Counted from the stretch's first letter, positions 49,763 through 63,880 are shown. The stretch: 64,000 nucleotides of DNA from Azolla caroliniana (GCA_043228905.1 JBHGNT010000012.1:17732001-17796000), one strand, 5' to 3'. Numbers and translations are program-made. Notes: generated from the sequence alone by a model not told the origin.

Positions 49763-50233
49763 CACATAGCATATTATTGTGTGTGTAGCTTCTCTTCATG
49801 ACGATTGCCTATTGTCTCAGCTCTTCTTCTCCTCGACAATGCGAGACCGATGGAAGTTCAACAACTCATCGTGTGATAAACTTCTTCTTTTTTTCCTCCT
49901 CAATGGCATGCATCATCGAGTTCGACGGGTTGGAAGTCTGGCAAGTCACCGTGGTGAGCAGAAAACTCCTCGCCACAAAGCTTAGTTATAGATGTGATCT
50001 CAGGCACATTATTATCATTATTATGAGCTGGGGGGGGGGAGAAGAAATGGAAGCGCGAGGGCATATCACGGACATGACTGGAAGATCGACGAGGCGGCGA
50101 AGAATGGTGAAGATACTGATGACCAGATCATGGGGAGAGTCCGGTAGAGAAGCAGGTCAAGATTTCATGCCTCCCCAGAGAGAGAGAGAGAGAGAGAGAG
50201 AGAGCACACAGAGAACTTAACTTGTGGTGCTCC

Positions 50234-50268
<35 letters not shown>

Positions 50269-50559
50269 TCTTCTTCTCTCCCTTCATTATCCCCTTACAA
50301 AAAAACATTATAGAACAGGAAAATAAAATAAAAGACCCCCCCCCCCCCCACATTATTTGAAGCTCCCATTGCTTGCCCCCCCCTCCTCAAGGAACAGGGG
50401 AATCAGAAGAAGAAGAAGCAGAAGAAGCAGAAGGAGGAGGAGGAGCAGAAGGAACAGAGGATGCCCTTCTTCTCCTCTTTCAACGATTCTCTGCTCCTCT
50501 CCTTTTAACCCTAAACCCTAAACCTTCGGTCTTTGCACAGAGAAACCTCTTCCTCCTCA

Positions 50560-50591
<32 letters not shown>

Positions 50592-50596
50592 TCACC

Positions 50597-53500
50597 ATGA
50601 GCCTTGTGGTTGGAGCTAGAGCTTCTTTGGCATCCACTTTGAATGGCCACCATGGAAGCTCCGCTCTTCTTCCTCATCCTTCTTCCACGAATCGCGCAAC
50701 CTACAGACAGGTAGCCTCACCAGATGGAAAAAGAATCACTACTACCACTTTCTGTGTCTGTGATCAGTCTTCTTCTTCTTCTTCCTCCTCCTCCTCTTCG
50801 TTCACAAGCATATGTAAAGAAACTGTTTTTCAAGCTCACCGGCAACATCATCAGAAAGCGGTATCATTCAGTGTTGCACATTCTTTCTCTGGTATTCAAG
50901 AAGAAGCAGAAGAAAATGTTTCTGTTGTGGAGGAGGGTCCATTCATAGAACCTGGTACTGATCTGACTTTGATTCGAGAGTGGGAGCTCGACTTCTGCTC
51001 CCGCCCAATTATTGATGCTCGAGGGAAGAGGCTGTGGGAACTTCTCATCTGTGACAGTGGCAAAAACTTTCAGTTTGCTAAATTCTACCCCAACAATGTC
51101 ATCAACAGCATCACTCTTAAAGATGCACTCATGCTGATGATTCAAAGAGGACTCCCAAAACCCCAGAAAATCCGCTTCTTCAGGTATGTTTTGCTGCGTT
51201 ATCTTTAAGTATTTGAAGTGTGGAAGATTGTTCAAATGAATGTTTTAACTTAGGAAAAGATTTCAATTGGTATTGAAATCAAGGCTGGTTGTACTGAGGT
51301 TGGCACATTTCAAGAGATAACATTTGATTTAGATTCAAAATTTTGCCTATTTAAGCGAACTTGCCTTAGTCATGTGGATTTGTTTCGTAATATTAAGCAA
51401 CCAGCCAGATGAGAGGATTTTGCTCTTATTAGTTCTTTTGTACATCTTGCATCCTATGTTCTTAGCCCAATTGCATGTTTTGGATAGGATGTGGAGAATT
51501 TAACTCCCAAATTGTCTATGTAAAAATAATTTTCTAATTTTCTCTATTTCAATCCATGCTCTAAGTTAGATACTGCCAACCCACCTTCCATTCCATAAAG
51601 CAGTACTTGAACCACCATATAATTGAATAATATCAATTTCACTTCCCATTCTCTAATATCAATTTGGCTGCAGAGATTCTGAAATATTTAATAACTTCTC
51701 AAACCTGCTTGAAGTCTAGACGCATAACATACATTCCACCTATTTGTCAATAGACATTAATACCAAGGTATTTGGGGCTTTGCACCATTTATGTTGGCTC
51801 TCTCATGTATGTAAAAGTGGGGTAGTGTCTTGGTTTTATTTCCTTTATTGCCACCACTTTCGTCTTGTCCATGTTCACACTTAGCTTGCTGATTTGACAG
51901 AATGTTTCCAACACCAAGGGTTAGATATCATCCAAATTATATGAGAATAACACATCTTTGGCATATAGAAATATAAAAATAAGCTCTTGCATATGTTTTG
52001 GGTCATCTAATCCTTCTTCCATGGATTTGTTTACGAATTTGACGACTTTAAGTTATCATCAACTTTCACATTTTGATAAGTTCCAATGTTAGCATTAAAA
52101 TCTGTCACAAGTAGTTTTTTTCCTATATTCTCATATGTAAGAATGTCATCACACAAATTGAAAAAAGGATCATCACGGTCTACAAACAATACTAGTTGGA
52201 CTGTCTATGAGGAATGTAATAGTATACCCAAAATAAAGTTTACCTTCACATATTGTTACTTCAATCCAAATATATCTTTTCTATTCATCATACTTACATA
52301 CTTGTATGTAGTATTCCATGCCATGAAAAACACATAATCGACCGAATTATTTGAAATGGATAAATCAATCTGGTTAGGGCATTCTTTAGAACCTTTTTAG
52401 GAAGAATCATCTAGAGAGAGAGAGAGAGAGAGGTTGTACAATGTATTATGGAACCCATGATATTATATTACTTGCCATTGTTGCCATGGACAAAGAAGGC
52501 TTTGCATTCTGTTTTGCCTTTTCGATATGTGTTGTGGAAGAAGAGGGATAAGATGGGAATCACATAGGTTGCGTGGAATCATCTAGCAACCCCTAAGCGC
52601 TTGGGGGGAGCTAGAATATTGGGTTTGTCTATGCACATGATGGCTCGTAGATTTTCATTATTACAAGACATGTGTTCAGACTCATAACCATGATATCTAT
52701 TGTTCAATATTTCATTGAGAACAAGGGTTTAAAACATGGGAGGACAAAGATTAAGGCTTCATGTTGGCAATTACTGAATAGATGTATTTCACATAAGATT
52801 TCAAGCTCTTTATATGTTTAACACTTGGTTATCTCATGGCAAGAAGTTGTCTTGTTATGTGTATGGAAACCATCACGCAGTAGAGCGCATTGTAATTCTT
52901 TGTAAAAAGAGTTACTTGTGTCTTCTCAGTTATTATGTTGGCATGGAAAGGAGAGATTGTACTCTTAGTTTAATCATTTGTTTCATTTGGGGGTCAAAGA
53001 GGTGGGGGGATATAGTTGAGGCTCTATCTCAAAGAATTTTGGAGTTTGTCAAAGCGTGACAATCATTACACATCCCACCTAATTATGGGTTTATCTAGCA
53101 TCAACTACAAAATATTGCATTGATGCAAGGCCCTTTACCTCTACAAATAGAAGAACAATTGTGGATTGATTGGTGTTTACAGGATCGGATGTCGTTATAA
53201 GTGACTATTAATCTTTTGTATCATTGCTCCGTTGAGTCTCTTGGATGGCTATCATCTAAGGCTGAAGAAGAATGGAAAATACACAAATTTGATCATGGGT
53301 GGTGGCAGATCTTAAAACGTAGTTGGCATTCTAAATTGCCACTTGTAGCAAAGGTCTTCATTTCAAGAGTTTTGATTGGAGGATTGTCTCTAAGAGTAGC
53401 TCTAAACGTCGTGGACTAGTAATAGGTAATTGCTTCGTTTGCATTGTTCAAATGGAAGATAGTACTCATCATTTTATACATTGTCAGATTTGGAGTTATA

Positions 53501-56500
53501 TTTCTCAAATTCGGCAAGTTATATCACGGTGTTATTTGACGCCTAGACAGTGGGTGTTTGCACGATTTACATAGGATGACCCAAAATCAGAGATGGAGAT
53601 CGTTTTTCTATTTCTTAGATATTGGGGATTGCATCATAATTGGGATATGCGCAATGCTTTTGTACTTTATGGTAGGCATGGAGTGAAAGCATATTTGCGA
53701 AAGTTGAAGGGAGTAGTAATGGGTCAAATTTCTTTATTGGAGCAAGTGGAAATTCTTTCCTTAGTGGAGTGTTTATCTTGCCTATTGGCAATTTAGAATG
53801 TTCCGCTATCCATGTAGTGTAGTTAGTGGGTGACCATACTCCATTGTGACACCCATTGTAAGTAGTGTTTTTCACACACTTTTATTAATATAATTGTGTG
53901 CTTTCACTAAGAGAGAGAGAGAGAGAGAGAGAGCGCTTCTCCTTTTCAGGTCACAGATGCAGAATATTGTTTCCAAAGCTTGTGCCGAACTTGATATTCA
54001 GGCTGTGCCCAGTCGCAGGGTAGCCATTTTGCCATAAAAAACAGCTTGTAATTCAATTTTTATTTCATTGGATGTATTGATGAATATTCCCAATGATACT
54101 GCAGTGTGTATCCTTGATGCGGTGGATGGATGAGAGATATGACTCGGTTTACAGTCAACATCCTGGTTTTCAGGAAAATGCTGCTCCGCTTTTACAGTTG
54201 GAACAAACATTTCCACTTGAACTTCCAGATAACTTGCGCGGTGAACAATGGGCATTTGTTCAACTTCCCCTATCAGGTCCCTACAGTTGAACATTTTTCA
54301 TTAGATATATATGAATAGTTTCATGGAATGATACATAATATATCCAGCAGTCTCAAAGTTAAGAGCTCTCCTATTGATGTGCATGGATTCTTGCTGTTAA
54401 ATTTTTTATTATCTATTTTTATTCATGACTTAAAGCTACCCTAGAACATTTGATCATGTGCATTTTGATAACATAATAGTGCTGCATTTGAGGTTTTATA
54501 ACGGAATGCTTCAAATTATTTACATGAAGCACTGATAATGGTTTCAATGCTCAAATACACCATGTAATGCAGCAGCAAAGAAACACCTGTCTTGATCTTA
54601 TTTTAGCCCGTCTTCCTTTAAAAGAGGCAACTCATTCAGGAGGCTCTGCCTGAAGTTAGGCCATTTCCATACATTGCAATTTACAAGTCAGGGGATCACC
54701 ACTGTGCCTCTCTTGGTAGTTCACCCTTTTGTTATCTAGTGACCAGTCTTTCATGGTAGCAACGCATATATCCTAGATCTAGGGCTTCAGTTAAAACAAC
54801 CTAACCAGATTTGGGTTTGCAGTCTATCTATGTGGATAATGATTTCTCATTCCAATCCAACATGGGTCTTCTTAGCACATCCTTCAACCTATTTGTTGAG
54901 TTTGCCTCATCATTAAACAAATTGCCTAAATGACCTGAACTTCAATATTTAGCCTCACCATTTGTCGTGAAGCAACCACAAAATTTGGAAGTTGAGGTTT
55001 GCTTTATCAATAATATGTGGAACTGGCTGATTGATAAGTAAAACTCTGAGAAGTTGATAAAGATGAAGATACCTCGATATTCATCCAGGAATTTTGGGCA
55101 TAGACGTATGTGAGAACAAGCTGTTCTCATGCAAACAACAGATGGAGAAAGATATATTAGAAAGGTATATTAAAGTCTTTTAAGAGGCCAAAATGGCCTG
55201 TAAGAGCAAACAAGAGATTACGTCTTAAGTGCTGTCTTGTCTTTGAGAAGAACAAATCAAAATAAATAAATGTTACTAAGTAAAAAAAAGTAAATAAGAT
55301 AAAAAGAGGCTAAAGAATCTTGTTATCGCTACATGTAAGATTCTCAAGTCAGACATATTGTATTTTATCTTCAAAAGATCTCTAGCATAGGGGTAGATCC
55401 AAAATGGAGGCACTTGTGATGGTGGGAGATAAGAGCATTCATCTGTCAATGACAAGGATGGTGAGATTGCAGTCCTTGGGGGCGGGGCCTACGTGCATGA
55501 CAAATTGCTATTCCTGGTTGGGAGCCCATTTTTGTAGCCCTTGATTGGCTTGTAGTATGAGTAGGAGTTATGGGGTTAAAGAAAGTTGTGATTGTTCTTT
55601 GTTGATGAGCTTGTGTGGCTATATTGTCCTTTAACAACTTTTCCCTGTATTGTGGAGAGAGACCTTGCCCTCCTCCCAAGGTAGTAATTCAGGTCTGGTA
55701 CTTCAATTCTGTCTCTCAGCATTTGGGATGAGCTTCCAATAAGTGTTTTAGCATCAGTCTTTGAAGAAAGTACAACAATTACTTGAGCATCAGGCTTCCA
55801 TTACTAGCAAAACATGACATCCAACCACAATGGACAAAGCTATGTAAAGAGATTCTTTCCTTGGTCACACTATCACAGAGTTCATGATCGGTGTGTTGAA
55901 CTGCCGAGGTTATAAATGAGGATAGTCCATGATTCAAGAAGCAAAGAATATATGATAAAATTATGTTTTATTAAATTGAGAGTACGAGAATTTATTTACT
56001 GAAGTTACAATATTTGACCGTAAGGATGACACCTTTTCTCTGCCAAACTCTGGCTTAAAGTTAAACCCTTGATGACTTCTATCTTGAGAATTGAGAAACT
56101 TTACAAATGAGCTAGCTTAATCTCTTGATTTCTAATCAATGTATTTTATCTCTTGATTGATGCCTACATGTTTCCCTTCTCCTTAAATAGGCGTTTGAAT
56201 AAGAGAATGCATGTGATGTATGTGAGAGTACATGTGATATGTGATCGCGACTTAGCAAACATGTGCTACATGTGATGCATGAAAGCCATGTTGCTCATCT
56301 GAGTAACCATTTATGGAATATACATAAGACGTAATTACAATGATGAGAATGTAAACTTATAGTAGAGCTTATCCTGAGGGCCGATGGTTCATACTTGATG
56401 TTTGATACGGGAGGTTATAGGTTCAAACCTCACAAATGTCATGTGTTATAAAATTTGAATTAGTTTTTAAATCGTGAAGCAACTGTTCCACGACAACTTT

Positions 56501-57667
56501 GGAGGATCTAAAACCTGTGGGGGATGTTCATTCCTAACTATTACAAGGACAACATAGAACCCCACTTGCCACAAGAATGGTTGCACTGAATTCGAGTTCT
56601 GGAAGCTGGCGGGGAATCCAATGGAAAAGAACAAAAGGCCAGCCTCTTCAGTTGATTAAAATGCATAACAGTCAGATTTTTGACATTTTATATCAAGAGA
56701 AAAGGATTTGAAAGCATGGAGTGAGACTTGAAGGAAACACAGATGGAGTGAAAGCTGAAGTGAAGTGCAATGGTCCTCTCTGTTGAAGGAAAAATAGCTT
56801 GAAATGAGGCTGAGTAGTGAAAAGACTTAAGACTTGATAAAGATATTGTAATTCTTGTATTCTTTTGATTTACACAACATTATTTACAATTTAGTCATCT
56901 ATAATTTTAACATTTCCATTCAATCCAAAACTGGGTGTACATGTTTCCCCAATGTGTTTCTTTGTTGATATACTTCATCCAGCCATGCCCCATTCCACAC
57001 CACAGATAAAAAGGAAGTTAAAAAAGAGGGTGAAAGAAAGAAATAAATTAAGAACAATCATGTGTTAGTAGTTGTACATGCATAGATAAGTTGGAAAAAG
57101 ATGAGGCTCACAATCATTAGGAACTATTTTGCTAATACCTCCTTAGGGTTGTGCAGGTGTTCTTGAGGAGGTTTCAGCTGTTGAAAATGGTGCAAGTTTC
57201 GGAAGTTATTTTCCATTGGAGATCCTGGGACTAGATCTTCCCGCAAATGCAATTATACCAGGGGTTGCTGTAGCCTCATCAAGGGCAACACCACTTGCAG
57301 GTGAACATCTCTGTCCATGAAAACTGCCCTAGAATTGCGTTTTGGGTTGGGTGTGAATAAGGTTTATAATTAATGACTGAAATGTAGTGCTATTCTGTTT
57401 TTATTAGCTTGGACAAATGCTCTTGAGCTAGCTTCGATACAGATAGATAGGCAAAAGAAATGCCTGGTGCTCACAACTGGTGTTTCTGATCGATGGCTCT
57501 ATGCCTACTATCGCAAAAGCCGCCAAACTGATCAAGAAGCTATTGCCTGGGAGGCATCAAAGAAAGCTTGTGGGGGTCTTCATTTTCTTGCGGTGCAAAA
57601 GTCATTAGATTCAGATGTTTGTGCAGGATTCTGGCTTTTGTATGATGGGCCACCTTGTCGTGTCTAA
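50597..57667 (+). CDS. TAB2: Chloroplast RNA-binding protein Tab2/ATAB2; exons 50597-51183, 53950-54019, 54105-54276, 57157-57300, 57408-57667
   Basis: Transit peptide; [54 protein letters not shown] and [15 protein letters not shown] motifs; GT-AG introns in frame. Confidence 0.93.
52433..53909 (+). mobile_element. 5'-truncated, decayed LINE (ORF2 C-terminal zf-RVT region plus 3' UTR) in TAB2 intron 1
   Basis: [35 protein letters not shown] motif; flanked by (AG)10 and (AG)12. Confidence 0.75.
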
Positions 57668-58764
57668 AAAGCTGGATTAGATTCTTCACCTTGTATAACT
57701 ACACATTGTCTTCTTTGTCCTTTTACCTGTGCTAATGTTGTGAAGTATGAGCCTGAGCTTGAGTGTATTACAGCTTTCTCTGATTGCCTCTACTAGAGTT
57801 TTATAATAGTAGGCATAACACTTCTTGTGGGAGTGACATTGAAACATACAAGTAAAATCTTTGTATCATTTCTCAACCTGATCGATTCATCAATTTGAGA
57901 ATTTTTTTCGCATTTTTGGTATGTTAGTGGAGGTGATTTGTGAATTAGAGGCGTAGGCTTGTGATTCTATTTTGATCAAGTCAACAACTTCAAATACGAA
58001 GCGTTAATAACATTGCTATCCTCTAATGGCATGACTTTGGATGTTGGTGTAATTTCTTTATATAAACAGTTGATCATTGTACCAAGTTTGGTACATGGAG
58101 AGAATTTATATGCTATTGTTCACTTTTATGAGCTAATCTCGTCAACTTATGGAAGATGGCAGATTGTCACTCAAATGAAATAAGCCACTTGTGTTTCCAC
58201 ATCAGAAGTTGCATAATACATTTCATCTCATACAGTTGCACTTGCTTCTTGTCCAAATAGTATTGTTATAGATGACCACAATTCTAGCTTGGCCTCTTGG
58301 CATCTCGTCTAATCAAGAATATTCATCATTATAGAAAGCCTTGGAATTTGTTGGTTTGTACATTGTCCGCATATTATGCTCCTTACCTTATTCATCATTA
58401 GTGAATCTTCAATGTGGACCTTGATTTTAGAATTGATAATTTAATATAATCTATCTCTCTATAGTGAACCAAATGAGTGATTTTAACAAAAGACCACAAT
58501 CACATGTGGTTACTCTTGCAATTCTCCTTTGGGATGCCATAGGGGTTGTTTCTTATGGCTTTATGAGAGCATTAAAACATCACCAATCAGCATCTCTCTT
58601 TGCCTAGAGAGTTCTTGGGGTAGGATGGTCCCTCGACACACACACGTGGATACACACACACACACACACACTCCCAGCCCCTTTGTGTTCAATGACAATC
58701 AAGAGGTAAAAATCCCCACCCCTTGTGTTCGATGACAATCAAGAGGTAAAAAGTGGAGCACTTA

Positions 58765-60155
58765 ACTTCTCGTGGCTAACTGCAACCAAATAATAAAGAG
58801 GGCAAGCAAGGGAATCGTGGGCACATACGGTCCAAGTCGCTTAGTTGAAGATGCATGCGATCTGTACCATCCGATGTGGATAAAAAAAAGCACGCTAATA
58901 AAAAAAGTTGTCACTAGACATCCGATCCGCCAATATTTAGACACCCTGCTCATAATTCTCAAACACCTTGCTCAAATCAAACGCCCGACAAACATGAAAT
59001 CGTTGAAAAAAATCCAAGTGTAAAAAATTAAATTTGACATTTAATTGACACTCAAAATGTTATACAATAACTCCACTAAAAAACATCACTCTTCCAATTA
59101 CACTAAACTTAATACTTAAATCTTCAAATTACAAAATATATAATCACAAAATGTCCAATATCTAACTTTACTTCATGTCCCCAATCGAAGTCCAAAACCC
59201 TAAGGATGAAAACTAACTCCAACATAAGACGCAAATCTGGCTCATGTTGGGGATGATGGTAGAATGCAACCACATTTTTTGCAGCAAATAGCATTTGAGT
59301 CCCTTGAGGTCAACGTCAAGCCATCAAAATGCAAACATCAAACCTTCTCGGTCTCACATATTGACAACCACCTCCTAGCCCAATTTGCATCTCTTTGTAG
59401 TTTTCCAATGTGGGATTTGGAAGTGTTTGGGGGGTTCCCAATAAGTTCTTGCAAGATGCCAGTCGTAATTCCTCTTTTTGCACCAATTTGTTGCTTCTAA
59501 CTTATAGATCATGCTCCTTTGTTGTGAGTTGTATTTGGTGCACTAAAACCATACATGCTTTACCACAAATCTGCCATTTGTTGCAGACAAACCTCAATTG
59601 TTGTCCGTTCGAGGGATCCTAACCCATTCCATAACTTCCTTGATTGATTGTATTCAAGAGACTTCCATGATTCCATGTCTCTTGGTTCGGCCAAGTTTGT
59701 CTCCATGTCGATTTCGGCCTCTCTTTCCACGTCTAGATCTGGCTCTATCTCCACATCTCTTTCTAATTTGAAAATCCCTCCAAATAGCTCAATCTTTGAT
59801 TTGAAAAATGATGAAAAATCAACAAACACTTGCGTTAACCCTTCTAAGTTGGGTGTCTACAATTATGACCAGGGTGTCTGATTTGGGCAGGGTGTGTGAC
59901 AATTATGAGGAGGATGCCTAACAATTATGAGCAGGGGTGTTTGACAATTATGAGCAAGGTGTCTGAATGCTAATGGGTCGGGTGTCTGGTGACAGCCTTT
60001 TCATTGGCACTTTTGTTTTTTTTAATCCACATTGAACAGTGCAAATCGCATGCGTCCTCTCGACCGAACGACCTGCACAGTCCGTGACCGCGATTCTCTC
60101 GCGTGGCCCTCTTTATAATAATATATTTGGTAGCAATTAGACACGTTGCAGTTTA
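58765..60155. mobile_element. Long-TIR (Mutator-like or foldback) non-autonomous element
   Basis: ~190-bp degenerate inverted repeats (58771-58960 vs 59945-60145) sharing blocks TAAAGAGGGC, GCATGCGAT, ATGTGGAT and AGACACC.TGCTCATAATT; TSD not resolved. Confidence 0.75.
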
Positions 60156-60218
60156 ACTACATACATATTTTGAGTGAACATAAAGAGATGCATGTGAACT
60201 TAAGAACCCCTCCAACAA

Positions 60219-60255
60219 ATGGGCCATGGTGGGGCAGAGCAGGGCCAGGCCCAGT
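60219..60255 (+). promoter_or_regulatory. Site II (TGGGCC/GGCCCA) motifs upstream of telomere-like boxes
   Basis: TGGGCC at 60220 and GGCCCA at 60248; established plant site II plus telo-box promoter arrangement. Confidence 0.45.
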
Positions 60256-60405
60256 TGTTCCTTTGGACCCCCCTTAGTATGTATGTATGTATGTAGTTAG
60301 CTTTTGTGTGTTCACGTGAAAACTTTGGCAGTTGGGCAATTATTCTTGAAGACGCTCTTTCGTTTTGCGTAAGGGTTTCTCTCTTCCTGCTTCTTTCTCT
60401 TTCGT

Positions 60406-60459
60406 TTAGGGTTAGGGTTAGGGTTAGTGTTAGGGTTAGGGTTAGGGTTAGGGTCAGGG
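60406..60459 (+). repeat. (TTAGGG)9 telomere-like array
   Basis: 9 units, two of them variant (TTAGTG, TCAGGG); a second short array at 60593-60610. Confidence 0.95.
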
Positions 60460-60648
60460 TCATATTACTTATTGGCTGATCATTCGATTTTGCTTACCCC
60501 ACTCTTTGGCTTGGACTAAATTTGGTCTGTAGGGTTTGTGGTGTTGTGCCCCCTGCCCCTCCCTCTTTCTCTGTTTCTTGTTGGTCGACATTGGGTTAGG
60601 GTTAGGGTTACCGTCAAGATTTTGGTCAAATAAGGAAAATATAGAAAG

Positions 60649-62560
60649 ATGTGGTCACAAGAAAGACGGTCTAGCTCACGAAATTTGCGTTCCCCGGTTG
60701 TTGAGAGCAGCGGCACCTCCAATGATCAGAGCGTCCACCAAACACAACCTTCTTCTCGCTCCACTGGTATTCGCACAAACCAGGTACACACACAGACACA
60801 CATCTTTCTTCTCTTTCTTCTTCTTCTTCTTCTTCTTCCTTTCTAATTCACACAAGCATTCCATCATGTTTTCATATGCATGTTCATACCATTTTGCTAT
60901 TGCCTTGACAATTTTTTACATAAATTCCTGGTGAATTCAGCCTGCCGGTGGAGTAAGCACAATTTCTTTCGGCGAAAGTTTCTCATTAGAAGAGCCTGAT
61001 CCAACATTCCACAGAAGGTAAGTTAATTTGGGACGTAAGGCAATATGTGGTTTACACATTCAAGACTCCATCTATTTATAATTACTATGAGAAAACCTTT
61101 GATGCATCAACTATGCCCTAAATCCAAAAACTTTCACAGTAAGAACCAACTGTTTACATGGACTGCAAAATGCAACCCAGGAGTTTGAGAGTTTAAAAAA
61201 AAAAAACATACTAATTAACATCCCACATGTATGCATATAGAGGTGAGAATGTTGTGTACATATCGTGTATTTCCTGAATGCAGGCGATCCGGTTCTGACT
61301 ATAAGAGAAGAGAAATGACAGGGAGTGGAATATTTGATTATGATCCTGAGCCAAAGTTGTCTGCAACTTGTCTTCCTGTTGAAAAGAGATTGGTTAGAAC
61401 CAAATACGAAATGACTAAAACTCCAAACTTAATACAGATTTCTAACACATGTATATGTGAAACTCTTAAAAACTGACAGAAACATTTGCATGCATGCATT
61501 TAGAATCCATAAAACTGAAGTAGAAATACAACATATGAAAGTATAAAGAAAGATTTTGCGTCGTCTGTATCAATGTCTTTCAATCGAAACTGAAATTCAG
61601 TCCATCACACCTGTATAATGATGATGAATTGATTTGTCAATGATGCTAGTAAAGCCGACATGCATATAATATTGATTGATGGTGTTTGAAATAGGCACCA
61701 GAAATCCCAATGCCAATGCCAGAGACAATCCCTTCATTTGTTGAGGCTGAAGACTCAACTCTATCTCCAAAGCATACTCTCTCCCCGTATGAGGCAGCAA
61801 AACAACGTGATCTTAGTGGAAATTATTTCGATATGGGCGGGGTCTCGGTGCGGAGGCCTTGTTCCTCAGCTAAAAGCAAGGAGCTTGAAGGCAGTGATAT
61901 CTTTGGTAGATCAACCCAGCATACTAGTACCATATCCCCAAAGTCTTTCACCAATGAAGTCAACAGTAATATAGTTGAACATGAGCAACAAGAGAATGCA
62001 GTGCCCAGAACTTGTGTTAAAGTTTCCAATGTAAGTACAACCATGTTAACGAGTAATGTATGCCAGGATAGTTAATCATAAGACCTCTCTAGACATAGTC
62101 AAATTCTCATAATACACATTAAAATCTTATATATATTCTGCATCCACACCCACATATAGTATGCATATATGTCACACATACATGCATATAAAATACATGT
62201 GTATGCATACAGTAAATAACAATGGCTTCCCATGTCATCTATTAGCCTGCAGGCGGACGAAGTCAGATCTCATTTGGTTCCGATGACGGGCCTGACTATG
62301 GGATACAAGGCACGAAGAATACGCATCCCAACCAGAAAGTTGTCGAGGTGTCAGGAAACAAGCTCTTTGAGAAGGATTCAGCTCTACATGGATATAGTAC
62401 TGAGCATAAGAACAGTAGTCATAGTGTGAGTGCTGCAAAGCGTCGAGAAATGCTGGGAAACAATATTTTCTCTACCTTGGACACTCCTGCTCCAGAAATC
62501 TATTCAAGGATTAGCTATAAACAACCACCAGGTGGTAGAAGCAACTTGAAGCTTCTTTAA
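60649..62560 (+). CDS. DUF4057-type protein with PxGG repeats (HN1/Jupiter-like); exons 60649-60783, 60941-61017, 61284-61392, 61695-62030, 62246-62560
   Basis: Spliced frame gives PAGGVSTISFG, KRREMTGSGIF, AKQRDLSGN, AKSKELEGSDIF, KVSNPAGGRSQISFG, SAAKRREMLGNNIF and C-terminal QPPGGRSNLKLL. Confidence 0.85.
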
Positions 62561-63616
62561 AGAGCACCAAAAATGTGATATACATGGATGGCCGAAGTAG
62601 GCCTATTGTTTGAATATGTGCACAGTGATTTCTTTGTATGTTGTCATTTTTCGAGAGTTTTTCTTTATATAACTAGCTCTTTTGTTTTCTTGATCTACCA
62701 TGCCATCACCACAGGAGAATATCTTTCAAGGTCTAGAATTTCACTTCTTATTGGATAGATGTTCATAAAAAAAGTTGACATTCTCTTGTGTCCTTAGTTA
62801 TCATGCATGTTTGATAAATCGTTGAATGAAGCCTCATGGTATGCTACTGCCATTAAAGGATGTGATAGAATCTCAAGCAAAGCATTAGTGTTAATTCTTG
62901 AGATCACAAGAATTTTTCATGAAACATCTTCGTTTTATCAATTAAATGATGTGTCCCTTGAAAAGCTGATGGTCTTGCTTTCAACCAAAATTTGGACATG
63001 GGATGTAACAGTCTTTGGCATGAAAAGCTCAGATTCTACCATTTACGTGATCAATTGTTGCCGCTCAAGAATTCCCTTTGTTTTCATTACCAATGAACTC
63101 TTATCTTTTTACCTCAACTAACCAAATTTTCGGTTGTTTATATTATCACAAATTTTAGAAGGCCATAAGAGCAGACAAAGCAAGTAATGTTTGCCAAATA
63201 GAATCACATACATGAGGTACATGAAATGTGGTTTGCATGCTTCTAAATGTGATTATATGCCTACCTGGTATTGAAATAGCATTTTCTAAAACTAATGAAC
63301 CTAACTTTGTTGAGAGTTGCAAGGATGGAAGTGCCTATGTTGGTAGAGAATAACTATGTTGTATCATTTACCTACCAAGTGATAACCAAAGGTACCATGT
63401 CGTGCCATTTTCCACCATTTGGTATGACATGGAACAGTTGTACTAAACCCAACCATGAAAGCAAGATATGACATCCTTGCATCAAAACCTTTATGAGAGA
63501 TAAATTGGCCATTTACTCAACCAATGCCAATGATCACATGCCCTCGCCATATTACAATTTGTTGTTTGGACTGCCAAAAACCTAGTCTTGTTGAGAATCA
63601 TTAAGCTGTGCAATGG

Positions 63617-63880
63617 AAACATAAATATTAAATGTCCTTAGAAACAAAAGCAAATCCGAACACGGTGAAGATGAACACACGAGCACCACCAAAATGCCAA
63701 TCCCAACGAACCACGACCACCCGAACGGCGAGCACACGCCGAACCACAAGCTCAATCAAAACATAAATATTAAATGCCCTTAGAAACAAAAGCAAATCCA
63801 AACACGGTGAAGATGAACACACGAGCACCACCAAAATGCCAATCCCAACGAACCACGACCACCCAAACGGCGAGCACACG
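63617..63880. repeat. ~142-bp tandem duplication, probably a TE end
   Basis: AAACATAAATATTAAATG.CCTTAGAAAC... occurs twice. Confidence 0.85.

Noticed and set aside
50373-50600. Poly-His/poly-Glu upstream ORF of TAB2
   Set aside because: Non-ATG start, built from GAA, GGA and CAT microsatellites in the leader
54590-56330. LINE ORF1 or solo LTR remnants in TAB2 intron 3
   Set aside because: Suggestive only; no termini or reliable motifs
60200-60463. ORF with a TLTLTL repeat
   Set aside because: Translation of the CCCTAA array
38557-62560. KASI, TAB2 and neighbours as a functional gene cluster
   Set aside because: Unrelated pathways; shared orientation and two plastid-targeted products are unremarkable by chance
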